The position numbers and the translations under genes were made by a program. Positions 9,193 through 19,022 of a stretch of 64,000 bases of DNA are shown one piece after another. This DNA is from Thermodesulfobacteriota bacterium (GTDB lineage Bacteria; Desulfobacterota; Desulfobacteria; Desulfobacterales; JACKCP01): contig JBNJDM010000001.1 in assembly GCA_051744925.1 (NCBI GenBank), forward strand, positions 980 to 64,979, read 5' to 3'. The notes below the pieces were generated by a model. That model made no database searches, was not told the DNA's origin, and worked only from the letters and a program-made list of their open reading frames with translations. Every line of letters starts with the position of its first letter. Within the stretch, counting starts at the first letter, position 1.

Positions 9193-10038
9193 TTAATTTT
9201 GACCTTTGAACTGGTAAAAAGTCGAGTTTAAATATCTCTGGGGTTGAAAAAGCTGGGTATCATTGCTTAAAGATTCTGTGGAGCCGATTATAAGGCTACC
9301 TTCTTTGTCCAGTGAATTTGCAATTGTCTGGTAAAGTTTCTTTCTGTCAGGCGGGTTGAAGTATATAGCTACATTTCTGCAGAAAACAATGTCGAACTTG
9401 CCCGGCGAATTAAAAGGCTTTAAAAGGTTTACTTTTTTAAATGAAACCATTGACCTTATTTCGTCCTTTATTCTCCAGTCTTCACCCTGTTTTACAAAAA
9501 ATTTTCTGAGACGCTCAGGAGTAAGACCTCTTGCAACTTCAAATTTATTGTACAGCCCGTAACTTGCTTTTGCAATTGCTGCATCAGAGATATCTGTTCC
9601 TGTAAGTTTTATATTGAATTGTTTATTATTAAGGCCGAGTTCATTCAAAATCATAGCAACACTGTATATTTCCTGACCAGTAGAACTTGCTGCACTCCAG
9701 ATTCTTATATTTACAGGATATCCTGGTCTTTGGGAAGATCTTAAATCTATCAGATCAGGAATAATTTTAAATTTGAGAAGTTCAAAAGGGTTTTTATCTC
9801 TGAAAAAGTAGGTTTCATTTGTAGAGATTGCATCTATTATCTCTTTTTCTATTTTTTTTTGAGGATCTTTTACAGCAGCATTGTAGAGATCTTTAAATGA
9901 AGAACATTTGTATTGCTTTAAAAGAGGCCTCAGCCTTGTTTCTATAAGATATTCTTTCCCTGCTTCAAGAGCAATACCTGAAATGGAGAGTATATATTTT
10001 GAAAGAAGGGTAAATTCATCAGTAGTTATTTTAATCAT
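9193..10038 (-). CDS. cheR: chemotaxis protein methyltransferase
   Basis: NETYFFRD, the SAM-binding IRIWSAASSTGQEIYS, and DIVFCRNVAIYF. Confidence 0.9.
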   Translation of the reverse strand: MIKITTDEFTLLSKYILSISGIALEAGKEYLIETRLRPLLKQYKCSSFKDLYNAAVKDPQKKIEKEIIDAISTNETYFFRDKNPFELLKFKIIPDLIDLRSSQRPGYPVNIRIWSAASSTGQEIYSVAMILNELGLNNKQFNIKLTGTDISDAAIAKASYGLYNKFEVARGLTPERLRKFFVKQGEDWRIKDEIRSMVSFKKVNLLKPFNSPGKFDIVFCRNVAIYFNPPDRKKLYQTIANSLDKEGSLIIGSTESLSNDTQLFQPQRYLNSTFYQFKGQN

Positions 10039-10044
10039 AATTTA

Positions 10045-11163
10045 TCACCGCTGCCTTGCAGGATTTTTAACTGTTTTAACAATTTCATCTGCAATTTTTT
10101 CAAGGGGGCATATAATGTCGGCTATATTACTGTCTACAGCTGCCTTTGGCATACCGTAAACAGTACAGGTCTCTTCACTCTGTGCTATTATTGTTGAATT
10201 TTTTTTATGCATTTCAACAAGGCCCTTATAACCGTCTGAGCCCATACCTGTCATTATAACTCCTGTTGCCCTTCCTACATAATAATCTGATACTGACCTG
10301 AAAAGATAGTCTGCTGAGGGTCTGCAGCTGTTCTCCGGAGGATCATCTGTTATTTTGATCAGTCGTCTCTGCCCGTCATTGGAGGCTGAAATCTTCATCT
10401 GTTTTCCTCCCGGTGCTATGTAAATCTTGTTTGGAAGGATTGTTTCTCCGTTGATGGCTTCGGATACTTCAAGCTTTGATTTGGAGTTAAGGCTTTTTGC
10501 AAGAGATGCGGTAAATACAGGCGGCATATGCTGAACTACAAGAACAGGTACGCCCAGATCTGCCGGGAGCAGAGGAATCATTTTAGAAAGAGCATTGGGC
10601 CCTCCGGTTGATATGCCTATTGCAATTATTTCAGATTTTGATTTTAAAGAAAAAGATTTTGAAACCTGTACAGGTTTTTTATCAGGTGTTTTTACTCCGG
10701 TTTTGTTCTCAGGAACCCGGGCCTGTTTTGATTTAAAAAGTCTTTTTTGTTTTTTTCTGTGCAGAAAAGTTTCAATTATCGGAACAAGATCTGCCTTGAC
10801 CTTTTCTGTGTTTTCTTTCATAGAACCGCCTTCCTGTGGCTTTTCTATGAAATCGAAGGCTCCAAGTTCAAGAGCTCTTATGGTAATCTGGCTCCCTTTT
10901 CCGGTAAGAGTGCTCACCATAAGAACCTGAATATCAATATTGTTTTTGTTTATTTCTTCTAAAACTTCAAGCCCGTTCATAACAGGCATTTCTACATCAA
11001 GAGTAATAAGATCCGGTTCAAGAGATTTGATCTTGCTTAAGGCTACTTTGCCTGAATTGGCCGAGCCGACAACTTCAACCCCTGGTATTTCTTTAAATAT
11101 ATCACTTAAAATTTTTCTGTAAAAAATTGTATCGTCAACAACAAGAACCTTTATTTTATCCAC
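10045..11163 (-). CDS. cheB: protein-glutamate methylesterase/glutaminase with receiver domain
   Basis: N-terminal REC (VLVVDD, LITLDVEMPVMNG) and C-terminal methylesterase (IAIGISTGGPNAL, VVQHMPPVFT, GMGSDG). Confidence 0.9.
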   Translation of the reverse strand: MDKIKVLVVDDTIFYRKILSDIFKEIPGVEVVGSANSGKVALSKIKSLEPDLITLDVEMPVMNGLEVLEEINKNNIDIQVLMVSTLTGKGSQITIRALELGAFDFIEKPQEGGSMKENTEKVKADLVPIIETFLHRKKQKRLFKSKQARVPENKTGVKTPDKKPVQVSKSFSLKSKSEIIAIGISTGGPNALSKMIPLLPADLGVPVLVVQHMPPVFTASLAKSLNSKSKLEVSEAINGETILPNKIYIAPGGKQMKISASNDGQRRLIKITDDPPENSCRPSADYLFRSVSDYYVGRATGVIMTGMGSDGYKGLVEMHKKNSTIIAQSEETCTVYGMPKAAVDSNIADIICPLEKIADEIVKTVKNPARQR

Positions 11164-11176
11164 TGTAATATCCTGT

Positions 11177-11620
11177 TTAATCTGTTGTAAGAACTTTATC
11201 TATATCCAGGATGCCGATAAGGGATTTTTCAGTTTTTACAATATTTTCAAAATACCCCCCCTGAATGCCCCCGAGGTTGGCGGGCGGTGAATCAAGTTCG
11301 CTTTTTTTTGCAACAATTACATCGCTTATTTTATCAACCAGAAGCCCGATTTGTTCATCATAAAAATTAACAATTATGTTTCTGTTGTTCTTATGTTTTT
11401 TTACAGGAGAAAGTCCAAGTTTTTTACCAAGATCTAGTATTGTTACAATTCTTCCCCTGAGGTTCAAAACCCCTTTCACAAAATCTTCTGACTGGGGAAT
11501 AGTTGTAAAATCGAACTGTTTATTTATTTCCTGAATATTTAAAATATCTATTCCGCACAGAGCTTCTCCTACATAAAAAGTTGCAAGCTCAAGATATTCA
11601 CTTTCTTTATGTTTACTCAT
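11177..11620 (-). CDS. cheW: chemotaxis coupling protein
   Basis: 147-aa CheW-like domain: FYVGEALCGIDILNIQEI, GVLNLRGRIVTILDLGKKLG, GLLVDKISDV. Confidence 0.9.
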   Translation of the reverse strand: MSKHKESEYLELATFYVGEALCGIDILNIQEINKQFDFTTIPQSEDFVKGVLNLRGRIVTILDLGKKLGLSPVKKHKNNRNIIVNFYDEQIGLLVDKISDVIVAKKSELDSPPANLGGIQGGYFENIVKTEKSLIGILDIDKVLTTD

Positions 11621-11633
11621 ATTTTATACCTCA

Positions 11634-14600
11634 TTATTGATTAAGATAGTTTTTTATAGTTATGAGAAGCTGTTCTCTGTCAAGCTTTATCTGATAATCA
11701 TCTATTCCAGCAGATTTACCTTTTTCTATATCTCCCTCGCCTGCCAGAGAAGTAAGTGCAACAACAGGTTTATCTGAAAATCTGTTGTCATTTTTGATTT
11801 TTGTAGTAAGTTGAAAGCCGTCCATATTAGGCATTTCAAGATCTGTAAGTATGAGGTTGAAATCGTTTTCTTCGGAATTTATTATATTCCATGCAACTTC
11901 ACCGTCTTCTGCTATTGTAACATCATATCCGTCTTCTTCGAGAAATCCTTTGACCTGGTTTCTGAAAAATGAAGAGTCTTCGGCAAAAAGTATTTTTATA
12001 TTCCCTGATTCACCGGTCTCAGGGTCAATATTTACAATATGTTCTTTTTCCGTGTACCATTCAGGGTGAAGTGTTTTAAAAAATTCATAAACATCAACCA
12101 TTAGAGTTGTCATATTATTAATTATAAGAGAACCCATGATTCCGGGCTGTTTAAGAGTTTCTTCATCAACTGAAAGCACAACATCAACAGCGTCAACAGG
12201 AGGGCTGACCATGAGCCCGACTTCTCTTCCTGTGAGCTGGAAAACTATAACCTCAATTTTTTCGTGTTCCGGAAGAGGCTGAACATTAGCTACTTCCCCA
12301 AGTTCATGCAGAGGCAAAGATCCGCCTCTGTACTGCACAACTCTCTGTCCCCCGGCAACTTCAATTTCTGTTGCCTTTATTCTTTCTATTCTCTGAACAA
12401 GATTAAGAGGTACTGCAAGCTGTTCATTTTCTCCGTTTCTAAAGAGGAGGAGTGATGCATGGTCTTTTAATCTGTCAGAAGATGTGTCCATTTTCTCTTT
12501 TTCTTCAGCAATCTTTTTAGAAGAAGATGCAGTAGAAAGCTGGCTCATTTCTGCAATTGATGCAACGTCAAGAATAAGAGCTACTTTGCCGTCACCCATA
12601 ATTGTTGCACCTGCATATCCTTTACAGTTTTTAACGTGTTTTCCAAGGGGTTTTACAACAATTTCTTCAGAGTCCATAAGTTCGTCGACTATGAGTCCGT
12701 ACCTGAATGTTCCTGCTGATACTACAGCAATATTGATTGCGCTGGCTGCATGATAACGCCTGTCAGATTCATTTCTTTCGCTTATTTCTTCTTCACTCAA
12801 GTCATCGTTCTGATTGGGGTTGAACAGATCCTTTGATCTTCTGTCTGCTACATTAGACCTTCTGTCTTGTTTTATTTCTCCTGTTTCAGGATCTTTATAT
12901 GTTTGTTCAATACCAAGAACATCAGAAAGCTTTATCAGGGGAAGAAGCATTCCTCTAAGTCTTACAACAGCAGCGTCTCCGACTTTTTCAATTTTTTCTT
13001 TTATGTCTCCTGCAGGTATTCTGAGAAGTTCATCAAGGTTGACCTGAGGTATTGCGTATTTTTCATGACCGGCTGAGATTATCTGACTTGGTATGATTGC
13101 AAGAGTAAGAGGGAGCTTGATTTTAAGAGAAGTTCCTCTTCCTACTTTGGAATCGATATCTATTATACCGCCGAGTTTTTCAAGGTTGCTTTTTACAACA
13201 TCCATGCCAACGCCTCTTCCTGAAACGTCAGTGACTTCCTCGGCTGTTGAAAACCCGGGTGCAAATATAAGGTTAGCTTTGTCTTTATCAGATAAAAGAT
13301 TGGCATCCTGCTCTGTAATAACCCCTTTTTTTATTGCAGCTGCTGATATTTTATCCGGGTCTATCCCTCCGCCGTCATCTTCAATTTCTATGTTGACCTG
13401 GCCTGCTTCATGATAGGCTTTAAGATTTATAGTACCCTGTCTTGGCTTGCCGGCCCTTTCTCTTGTATCAGGAGATTCGATTCCATGATCTACAGAGTTT
13501 CTTACAAGATGTGTAAGCGGATCATTAATTGATTCAATTATTGTTTTGTCAAGTTCAACATGTTTACCTTCGAGTTCCAGAACTATTTCTTTTCCAAGGG
13601 TTTGGGAAAGATCTCGTACAACTCTTGAAAACTTGTTAAATACATTGGAAATAGGCTGCATTCTTGTCTGCATAATAGCTTCCTGCAGCTCGGATGTAAT
13701 CATATCTATTCTCTGACTTGCAGATTCAATATTGTGGTGGTTGGAAGATGTAAGACCCTGAATAAGCTGGTTTCTGCTTAATACAAGCTCTCCTGCAAGA
13801 TTCATAAGGCTGTCAAGAAGGTTAACATTTACCCTTAACGAGCTAATTGTTTTTTTGGATGCATCATCTTGAGTATCTTGCTGATCAATGCCTGGGTCGC
13901 TGTTTGACTTTTCAGTTGAACTTTGCTGGTTTTGAGAAGCACTTTTGGAGGGTGTCTCAGAAACATCCGCAGGTTTTTTAGCAGAGGCCTGGGGCTGGGA
14001 GGATTTTTTAGCTGGTTGTTCAGCAGCAGGCTGTTCAGGTTTTTTCTCAGGCATTGCTGGCTCAGAAGCCTTTAAATTTTCAGTATCTGTATTTTTTTCT
14101 TCATGAGAATTCATCTGTTTTTCATCATCAGCCTGTGTCTCTTCTTCTGGTTCCGGGAGTTTTTCATCACTTATGTTAAAAACATATTCTGCATCAAGAT
14201 CAACAAGTATTGGAGCCATATCAGGCTCAATAATTGAGGCAAATAAAATAACAAAAGGTATTCTGTTTGGTATATCGTCTTCAAGTGTGCCTACATAGGA
14301 AATATCAACTTTGCAATCGAGAATTATTCCGCTTTTTAGAAGTGAATTTATAACTTCAAGCGGATTTTTATCTTTCTTTTGGATATCATGAATCAGATCA
14401 TATTCCAGAATATAAATAAATTTACCCTGTTTTTTTGCATGCTCAATGTCATATCTGTTCGATTTCAGAGCCGTAGCACTCATAGGATGCTTGATTTCGC
14501 ATACGTCTTCGATTGCTTGTTTTTCAGCATCAGGAAGAGTGTCGTTTGTTATATTCTTAAGGTCTGTGACGTATTCGTCAATATTTTGGTCATTGCTTGT

Positions 14601-14924
14601 TTCAATATTTGAGATAAGCTCCTGGAGTCTGTCGAAACTTTTTAAAAGAACGCTTATGGTTTCAGATGAAGGCATAAGCTCTTTATCTCTTATAAGACCG
14701 AGGATATTTTCCAGGTTGTGGGAAAGCTCTTTTATAACATCAAGTCCCATAAAGCCTGCTCCGCCCTTTACAGAGTGAGCTGCTCTGAAAACATTGTTGA
14801 CAAGTTCTTCGTCAATTTCTTCTCCCTGTTCCTCCAGGGCCAGCAAATCTGTTTCGATATCAGCCAGGTGTTCCAGCGATTCTTCAACATACATTTGCAA
14901 GGTTTCGTCGTCTTCAAAAAACAT
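11634..14924 (-). CDS. cheA: hybrid chemotaxis histidine kinase: Hpt, dimerisation, HATPase, P5, second CheW-like domain, receiver
   Basis: The Hpt phosphorylation site is FRAAHSVKGGAGFMG. The kinase core carries HLVRNSVDHGIE, DDGGGID and GRGVGMDVV. Two CheW-like modules are followed by a C-terminal REC (ILFAEDS, LILTDLEMPNMDG). Total length 1096 aa. Confidence 0.9.
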   Translation of the reverse strand: MFFEDDETLQMYVEESLEHLADIETDLLALEEQGEEIDEELVNNVFRAAHSVKGGAGFMGLDVIKELSHNLENILGLIRDKELMPSSETISVLLKSFDRLQELISNIETSNDQNIDEYVTDLKNITNDTLPDAEKQAIEDVCEIKHPMSATALKSNRYDIEHAKKQGKFIYILEYDLIHDIQKKDKNPLEVINSLLKSGIILDCKVDISYVGTLEDDIPNRIPFVILFASIIEPDMAPILVDLDAEYVFNISDEKLPEPEEETQADDEKQMNSHEEKNTDTENLKASEPAMPEKKPEQPAAEQPAKKSSQPQASAKKPADVSETPSKSASQNQQSSTEKSNSDPGIDQQDTQDDASKKTISSLRVNVNLLDSLMNLAGELVLSRNQLIQGLTSSNHHNIESASQRIDMITSELQEAIMQTRMQPISNVFNKFSRVVRDLSQTLGKEIVLELEGKHVELDKTIIESINDPLTHLVRNSVDHGIESPDTRERAGKPRQGTINLKAYHEAGQVNIEIEDDGGGIDPDKISAAAIKKGVITEQDANLLSDKDKANLIFAPGFSTAEEVTDVSGRGVGMDVVKSNLEKLGGIIDIDSKVGRGTSLKIKLPLTLAIIPSQIISAGHEKYAIPQVNLDELLRIPAGDIKEKIEKVGDAAVVRLRGMLLPLIKLSDVLGIEQTYKDPETGEIKQDRRSNVADRRSKDLFNPNQNDDLSEEEISERNESDRRYHAASAINIAVVSAGTFRYGLIVDELMDSEEIVVKPLGKHVKNCKGYAGATIMGDGKVALILDVASIAEMSQLSTASSSKKIAEEKEKMDTSSDRLKDHASLLLFRNGENEQLAVPLNLVQRIERIKATEIEVAGGQRVVQYRGGSLPLHELGEVANVQPLPEHEKIEVIVFQLTGREVGLMVSPPVDAVDVVLSVDEETLKQPGIMGSLIINNMTTLMVDVYEFFKTLHPEWYTEKEHIVNIDPETGESGNIKILFAEDSSFFRNQVKGFLEEDGYDVTIAEDGEVAWNIINSEENDFNLILTDLEMPNMDGFQLTTKIKNDNRFSDKPVVALTSLAGEGDIEKGKSAGIDDYQIKLDREQLLITIKNYLNQ

Positions 14925-15247
14925 TGGAGATCCTCCTAGTTAAATTTGTATTTTTTAAAACAGGGAAAAAGAAAAGTATATAGTTCAAATATCAGAGTCT
15001 TTTTGTAAAAAAAAATAAGGTTAAAAGCAGACCGGAATGTCATTTTTATATCCAATAATATTTTATTATATAATAATTTTCATTAATTTTATATGTTTTA
15101 TCAGATCTTTTCAAGAACTAAACCCCAATCTTATAAGCTTTATATTAAAACCTTCGAATTACTTAGTTTGTTTTTAGTTAAGTTCTGCTTATACATGGGG
15201 GTTTAGTGGTTTTTATCAGGTGTTTACCTTTTATATAAAAGAACTTT

Positions 15248-16465
15248 CTATTCTTTAAAAACCATATCACCGGCTGTAAATGAGTTTTTGCCTATATCGA
15301 TTTTCAGTACAGTGTTTGGCCGGGCTGTTTCAACCCGGTTATTTTTTTCATCAAATATAGAGTTTATTCGGAAATGTTCAGCAGGTTTTCCCGGAGAAAG
15401 GATCCTTATAAAATCATCTGTTCTGAATCTGTTTTTTACGTTTACAATAATGCTGCCATCAATAATATCAGTAATGTTTCCAAGAAAGTTATGTACATTG
15501 TCAGGTTTTATGTTTTCGGTATTGGCTGCAGTAGAATCAGGATCATTTAAATAAAAACCTGTGCAATATCTTCTGTTCGAGACTTTTGAAAGGAGTTCGG
15601 TCCATAAGGGGTCAGGGGAAAAATCCTGGTTTTCAAAGTAAGAATCTATTGCTTCTCTGTATACTTTTACAACTGCTCCAAGGTAAAAAAGACCTTTCAT
15701 TCTGCCTTCAATTTTTAAAGAATCGACGCCTGATTCAATAAGTTTGTCAATATGGGAAATCATGCAAAGATCTTTTGAATTAAATATGTAGGTTCCTTTT
15801 TCATCTTCAGAAACAGGGTAGTACTCATCCGGTCTCAGTTCTTCCTGCACAGAGTATTTCCATCTGCAGGGATGGGAGCACTCTCCGTGGTTTGCTGATC
15901 TTCCCGACATAAAACTGCTTAAAAGGCATCTGCCCGAATATGAAATGCACATTGCTCCGTGAACAAATACTTCTAGCTCAGAATCTGTATTTTTTCTTAT
16001 TTCGGATATTTCTTCGACTGTAAGTTCTCTTGCAAGATTTACTCTGGTAACACCGAATTGTCTGAAGAAATTAATAGTTCCTGAGTTTGTTGTGTTAGCC
16101 TGTGTGCTTAAGTGAATATCAATGTCCGGGGCATATTCAGCTGCAAGACTTAAAACTCCGGGATCTGCAATAATAAGAGCATCAGGTTTTACCTCGGTGT
16201 TTAAAAAAGAAAAGTAGGAGGCTATTTCGTTTAATTCATTTTCTCTTGGGAAAATATTTGCTGTTATATATGTTTTAACTTTTTGTTTTTTTGCAAAGTT
16301 AACAGCTTCTTTTAGTTCGTTGTTGGTAAAATTTGTGGCAAAATTTCTTAGAGAGAATTGTTTACCTGCCATATAAACGGCATCTGCGCCGAAGTGAACA
16401 GCTGTTTTTAATTTTTCAAAGCTGCCTGCAGGAGCAAGGAGTTCAGGTTTTTTTTGTTTCTTCAA
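15248..16465 (-). CDS. peptidase U32 family protein
   Basis: MKKQKKPELLAPAGSFEKLKTAVHFGADAVY...FVHGAMCISYSGRCLLS...GECSHPCRW is typical of the U32 (YhbU/TrhP-like) family. Confidence 0.85.
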   Translation of the reverse strand: MKKQKKPELLAPAGSFEKLKTAVHFGADAVYMAGKQFSLRNFATNFTNNELKEAVNFAKKQKVKTYITANIFPRENELNEIASYFSFLNTEVKPDALIIADPGVLSLAAEYAPDIDIHLSTQANTTNSGTINFFRQFGVTRVNLARELTVEEISEIRKNTDSELEVFVHGAMCISYSGRCLLSSFMSGRSANHGECSHPCRWKYSVQEELRPDEYYPVSEDEKGTYIFNSKDLCMISHIDKLIESGVDSLKIEGRMKGLFYLGAVVKVYREAIDSYFENQDFSPDPLWTELLSKVSNRRYCTGFYLNDPDSTAANTENIKPDNVHNFLGNITDIIDGSIIVNVKNRFRTDDFIRILSPGKPAEHFRINSIFDEKNNRVETARPNTVLKIDIGKNSFTAGDMVFKE

Positions 16466-16568
16466 TTAGTTAACTCTTTTAAAAATAAATTCTTTGGCTG
16501 ATTTTTTGATTAAGCCATGAAGTGATAATGATATTCCAGGCATAAATTTGACTGTACATTGTAAAATC

Positions 16569-16643
16569 TGGTACCCCCGGCAGGGATCGAACCTGCGCTC
16601 AAGGATTAGGAATCCTATGCTCTATCCACTGAGCTACGGGGGC
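16569..16643 (-). tRNA. tRNA-Arg (anticodon CCT)
   Basis: The reverse complement GCCCCCGTAGCTCAGTGGATAGAGCATAGGATTCCTAATCCTTGAGCGCAGGTTCGATCCCTGCCGGGGGTACCA folds as a cloverleaf. The anticodon loop is TTCCTAA, and the 3' CCA is encoded. Confidence 0.85.
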
Positions 16644-16661
16644 TTAAATCTTTAGGGTAGA

Positions 16662-16709
16662 TAATAAAAAAGTTTGGTTCAGTCAATGAAAATATTGAGT
16701 GAACCAAAC
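16662..16709 (-). terminator. rho-independent terminator downstream of the LysM transglycosylase gene
   Basis: Perfect 10-bp stem GTTTGGTTCA/TGAACCAAAC (16672-16681 / 16700-16709). On the minus strand it is followed by TTTTTTATTAT. Confidence 0.65.
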
Positions 16710-16826
16710 ATGCTTTTGTTTTTGCAGAAAATTTTTCTGTCAGAAGCATCTCGCAGAAAAAATATATTTGGCAGTATTTGTCCGGAGCAGCTAATATTTT
16801 AACTGTTGCTTTATGCTGAATCTTTT

Positions 16827-18644
16827 TTATTCAACATAAACTTTCTGCCCCGGAAAAATAGTAGTTGATTTGTTTATATCATTTATACTTAAGAATCTGC
16901 TTAAACTCATTTTATGTTTTGATGCAATTTTAAAAGGGCTGTCTCCGGGTTTTACATGATAAGTTGCAAAAGATGAAGAGCTGCTTCCTGTTCTTATTTT
17001 GAGCTTCTGGCCTACTGAAAGTAGGTCAGAGTGAATGTTGTTCAGATTTTTAAGACTTTTTGTGGTTGTATTAAACCTTTTTGCCACAGACCACAGGGAA
17101 TCTCCCTGTTTAACTGTATAATATGTTGTCCCGGTTCTTGATTTGGAGACTTTGTTTCTTGAGACGTTTTTTTCTGCAAAGTATTTTTTACTTGGTATTT
17201 TTAGCATCTGACCCGGCATTATATAACCGTTTTTGGAAATCCGGTTAGTGCCCATAATAGATTTTACAGAAGTTCCGTGCTGTTGGGCAATGCCTGAAAG
17301 TGTTTCACCTCGTCTGACCTTGTGCATAGCATAAGATTTTTGTATCTTTTTTGAAGGAAGGTTTTTAATGCCTGCCAAAAGAGCTTCTTTTTTTCCTTTT
17401 GGAATTCTTACGTTGTAACCTTCGGGAGGAACAATGTTGTATCTGAATGCAGGGTTAAGATCCTGAAGTTTTTTCAGGTCTGTATTTATCAGTGAAGCTA
17501 TATCTTTTAAATGCACCGACTTTTCAATAAAAATTTTGTCATAGGTGTATTCCTGGTAAGGTTTTATATCTTTGAAACCGTATTCTTCAAGATTTTTAAC
17601 AATGTGCAGGGTTGCTATGAATTTGGGCACATACCTTGCTGTTTCATAAGGAAGTTGGAGGTAAAGATCCCAGAAATTGTCAAGGTATTTCAGATTCTGT
17701 TTTCTTATGGTTCTTAAAACCCGGCCTTCACCGCAGTTGTAAGCTGCAAGCACTGTAGACCAGTCACCGAAAATAGAGTGAAGTTCCTTAAGGTATGCAA
17801 TTGCTGCATCAGTTGCTGCTTCCGGATCAAGTCTTTCATCAATATATATATTTCTTTTTAAACCGAACTTGTATCCTGTGGACGGGATAAACTGCCATAG
17901 CCCTAGAGCTCTGGCATGTGATAAAGCTTTTTCCTTAAATCCGCTTTCAATCAACGGAAGCCATGCAAGCTCCTCAGGAAGTTCTGCCTCTCTGAATTTT
18001 TCGAGGATCATCGGCATATATTTTCCTGATCTTTTGTAGGAATATATAAAATATCTTCTTCCGTTTCCTGTAAGCCTTTTGATTTCCTTTTCAACGTGCT
18101 GGTTCATTGTAAGAGGGATTTCATCTGAATTGCCAACAGTTCCGTTGGAGCGTGTTGAATATATTTCAAGAATTCTTTTTGCAATTGTGTATCTCAGGTC
18201 GTCGCGCTGCTGGCTTATAATACTGTCGTTTGAAGCCGGCATTTCAGATATAATTCTGTATGCCTGGTCAAGAGCTTTTAGTGCATTTTCAGGCTCCTGC
18301 TGTTCACGAAACTTTTGAGATGCGTCGCAGAAGTCAAGAGCCTGTTCAATGGAGTTGGCGTGAAACTCATCTGACTGGGGATTGTCTGTTTCAACAGCCG
18401 GCATCTCTTCGGGTGAAACTTCTTCATTATTATTTAAAGAAGGTTGGTTTATTATATCGGTATCAGTTGACTCAGTGGAATCTGTATCGATGATATTGGA
18501 ATTAACAACATCTTTTTTGTCCTGGGTCTTAAGAGCATTTTCCGTTTCATTTTTTTTTGAAGAAGAAAAAAAATTACCTGTGCCTTTTGTTGAGCAGGAA
18601 ATCATTAGTAATAATGCTGTGATACATACAATTATTTTTTTCAT
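16827..18644 (-). CDS. mltD: lytic transglycosylase lipoprotein with three C-terminal LysM domains (MltD-like)
   Basis: Lipobox LLMISCS; SLT catalytic region LPLIESGFKEKALSHARALGLWQFIPSTG...AAYNCGEGRV; three LysM repeats (YAMHKVRRGETLSGIA, YTVKQGDSLWSVA, YHVKPGDSPFKIA). Confidence 0.85.
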   Translation of the reverse strand: MKKIIVCITALLLMISCSTKGTGNFFSSSKKNETENALKTQDKKDVVNSNIIDTDSTESTDTDIINQPSLNNNEEVSPEEMPAVETDNPQSDEFHANSIEQALDFCDASQKFREQQEPENALKALDQAYRIISEMPASNDSIISQQRDDLRYTIAKRILEIYSTRSNGTVGNSDEIPLTMNQHVEKEIKRLTGNGRRYFIYSYKRSGKYMPMILEKFREAELPEELAWLPLIESGFKEKALSHARALGLWQFIPSTGYKFGLKRNIYIDERLDPEAATDAAIAYLKELHSIFGDWSTVLAAYNCGEGRVLRTIRKQNLKYLDNFWDLYLQLPYETARYVPKFIATLHIVKNLEEYGFKDIKPYQEYTYDKIFIEKSVHLKDIASLINTDLKKLQDLNPAFRYNIVPPEGYNVRIPKGKKEALLAGIKNLPSKKIQKSYAMHKVRRGETLSGIAQQHGTSVKSIMGTNRISKNGYIMPGQMLKIPSKKYFAEKNVSRNKVSKSRTGTTYYTVKQGDSLWSVAKRFNTTTKSLKNLNNIHSDLLSVGQKLKIRTGSSSSSFATYHVKPGDSPFKIASKHKMSLSRFLSINDINKSTTIFPGQKVYVE

Positions 18645-18770
18645 AAATTCAGGGACTTTTTGTTAAAATTAAGATTTAATAAATTTTAAAATTCAAATGC
18701 TTTATGAAAATAAAGTAAATGGCTCCCAATTGTCAAGATTTAAAGGGTTTTTTAATAAAAAAATAAATAT

Positions 18771-18799
18771 TTGATTAAAAAATACTTGATTTCTAAATT
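18771..18799 (+). promoter_or_regulatory. candidate sigma70-type promoter for the tRNA-tuf transcription unit
   Basis: TTGATT (18771-18776), a 17-nt spacer, then TAAATT (18794-18799), about 38 nt upstream of the first tRNA. Pattern match only. Confidence 0.3.
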
Positions 18800-18836
18800 G
18801 AGATGGTGTTAAAAGGAGAAGTTCTTTTTGGAGCAT

Positions 18837-18912
18837 GCCAACGTAGCTCAGCTGGCAGAGCTGCTGATTTGTAATCAGCCGGTCGGGGGTTCGAGTCCCT
18901 CCGTTGGCTCCA
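18837..18912 (+). tRNA. tRNA-Thr (anticodon TGT)
   Basis: 76-nt cloverleaf GCCAACG...CGTTGGCTCCA with anticodon loop TTTGTAA and T-loop GGTTCGAGTCC. Confidence 0.85.
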
Positions 18913-18929
18913 TTAAAATATTGTTTTGA

Positions 18930-19005
18930 GCGGGAGTAGCTCAGCTGGCAGAGCGTCAGCCTTCCAAGCTGAATGTCGCGAGTTCGAACCTCGTCTCCCG
19001 CTCCA
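18930..19005 (+). tRNA. tRNA-Gly (anticodon TCC)
   Basis: 76-nt cloverleaf GCGGGAG...CTCCCGCTCCA with anticodon loop CTTCCAA and T-loop AGTTCGAACCT. Confidence 0.85.
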
Positions 19006-19022
19006 TTTTTATTGGTAATCAG

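Noticed and set aside
13850-14165. Apparent low-complexity or tandem-repeat DNA inside cheA
   Set aside because: It encodes a Pro/Glu/Gln/Ser/Lys-rich interdomain linker between the Hpt-proximal region and the dimerisation domain. No exact nucleotide repeat unit is present, and such linkers are common in CheA.
15118-15206. 9-bp complementarity CTAAACCCC / GGGGTTTAG in the spacer between the U32 gene and cheA
   Set aside because: The arms are about 70 nt apart with no supporting secondary pairing and no U-tract, so this is not a convincing terminator or RNA.
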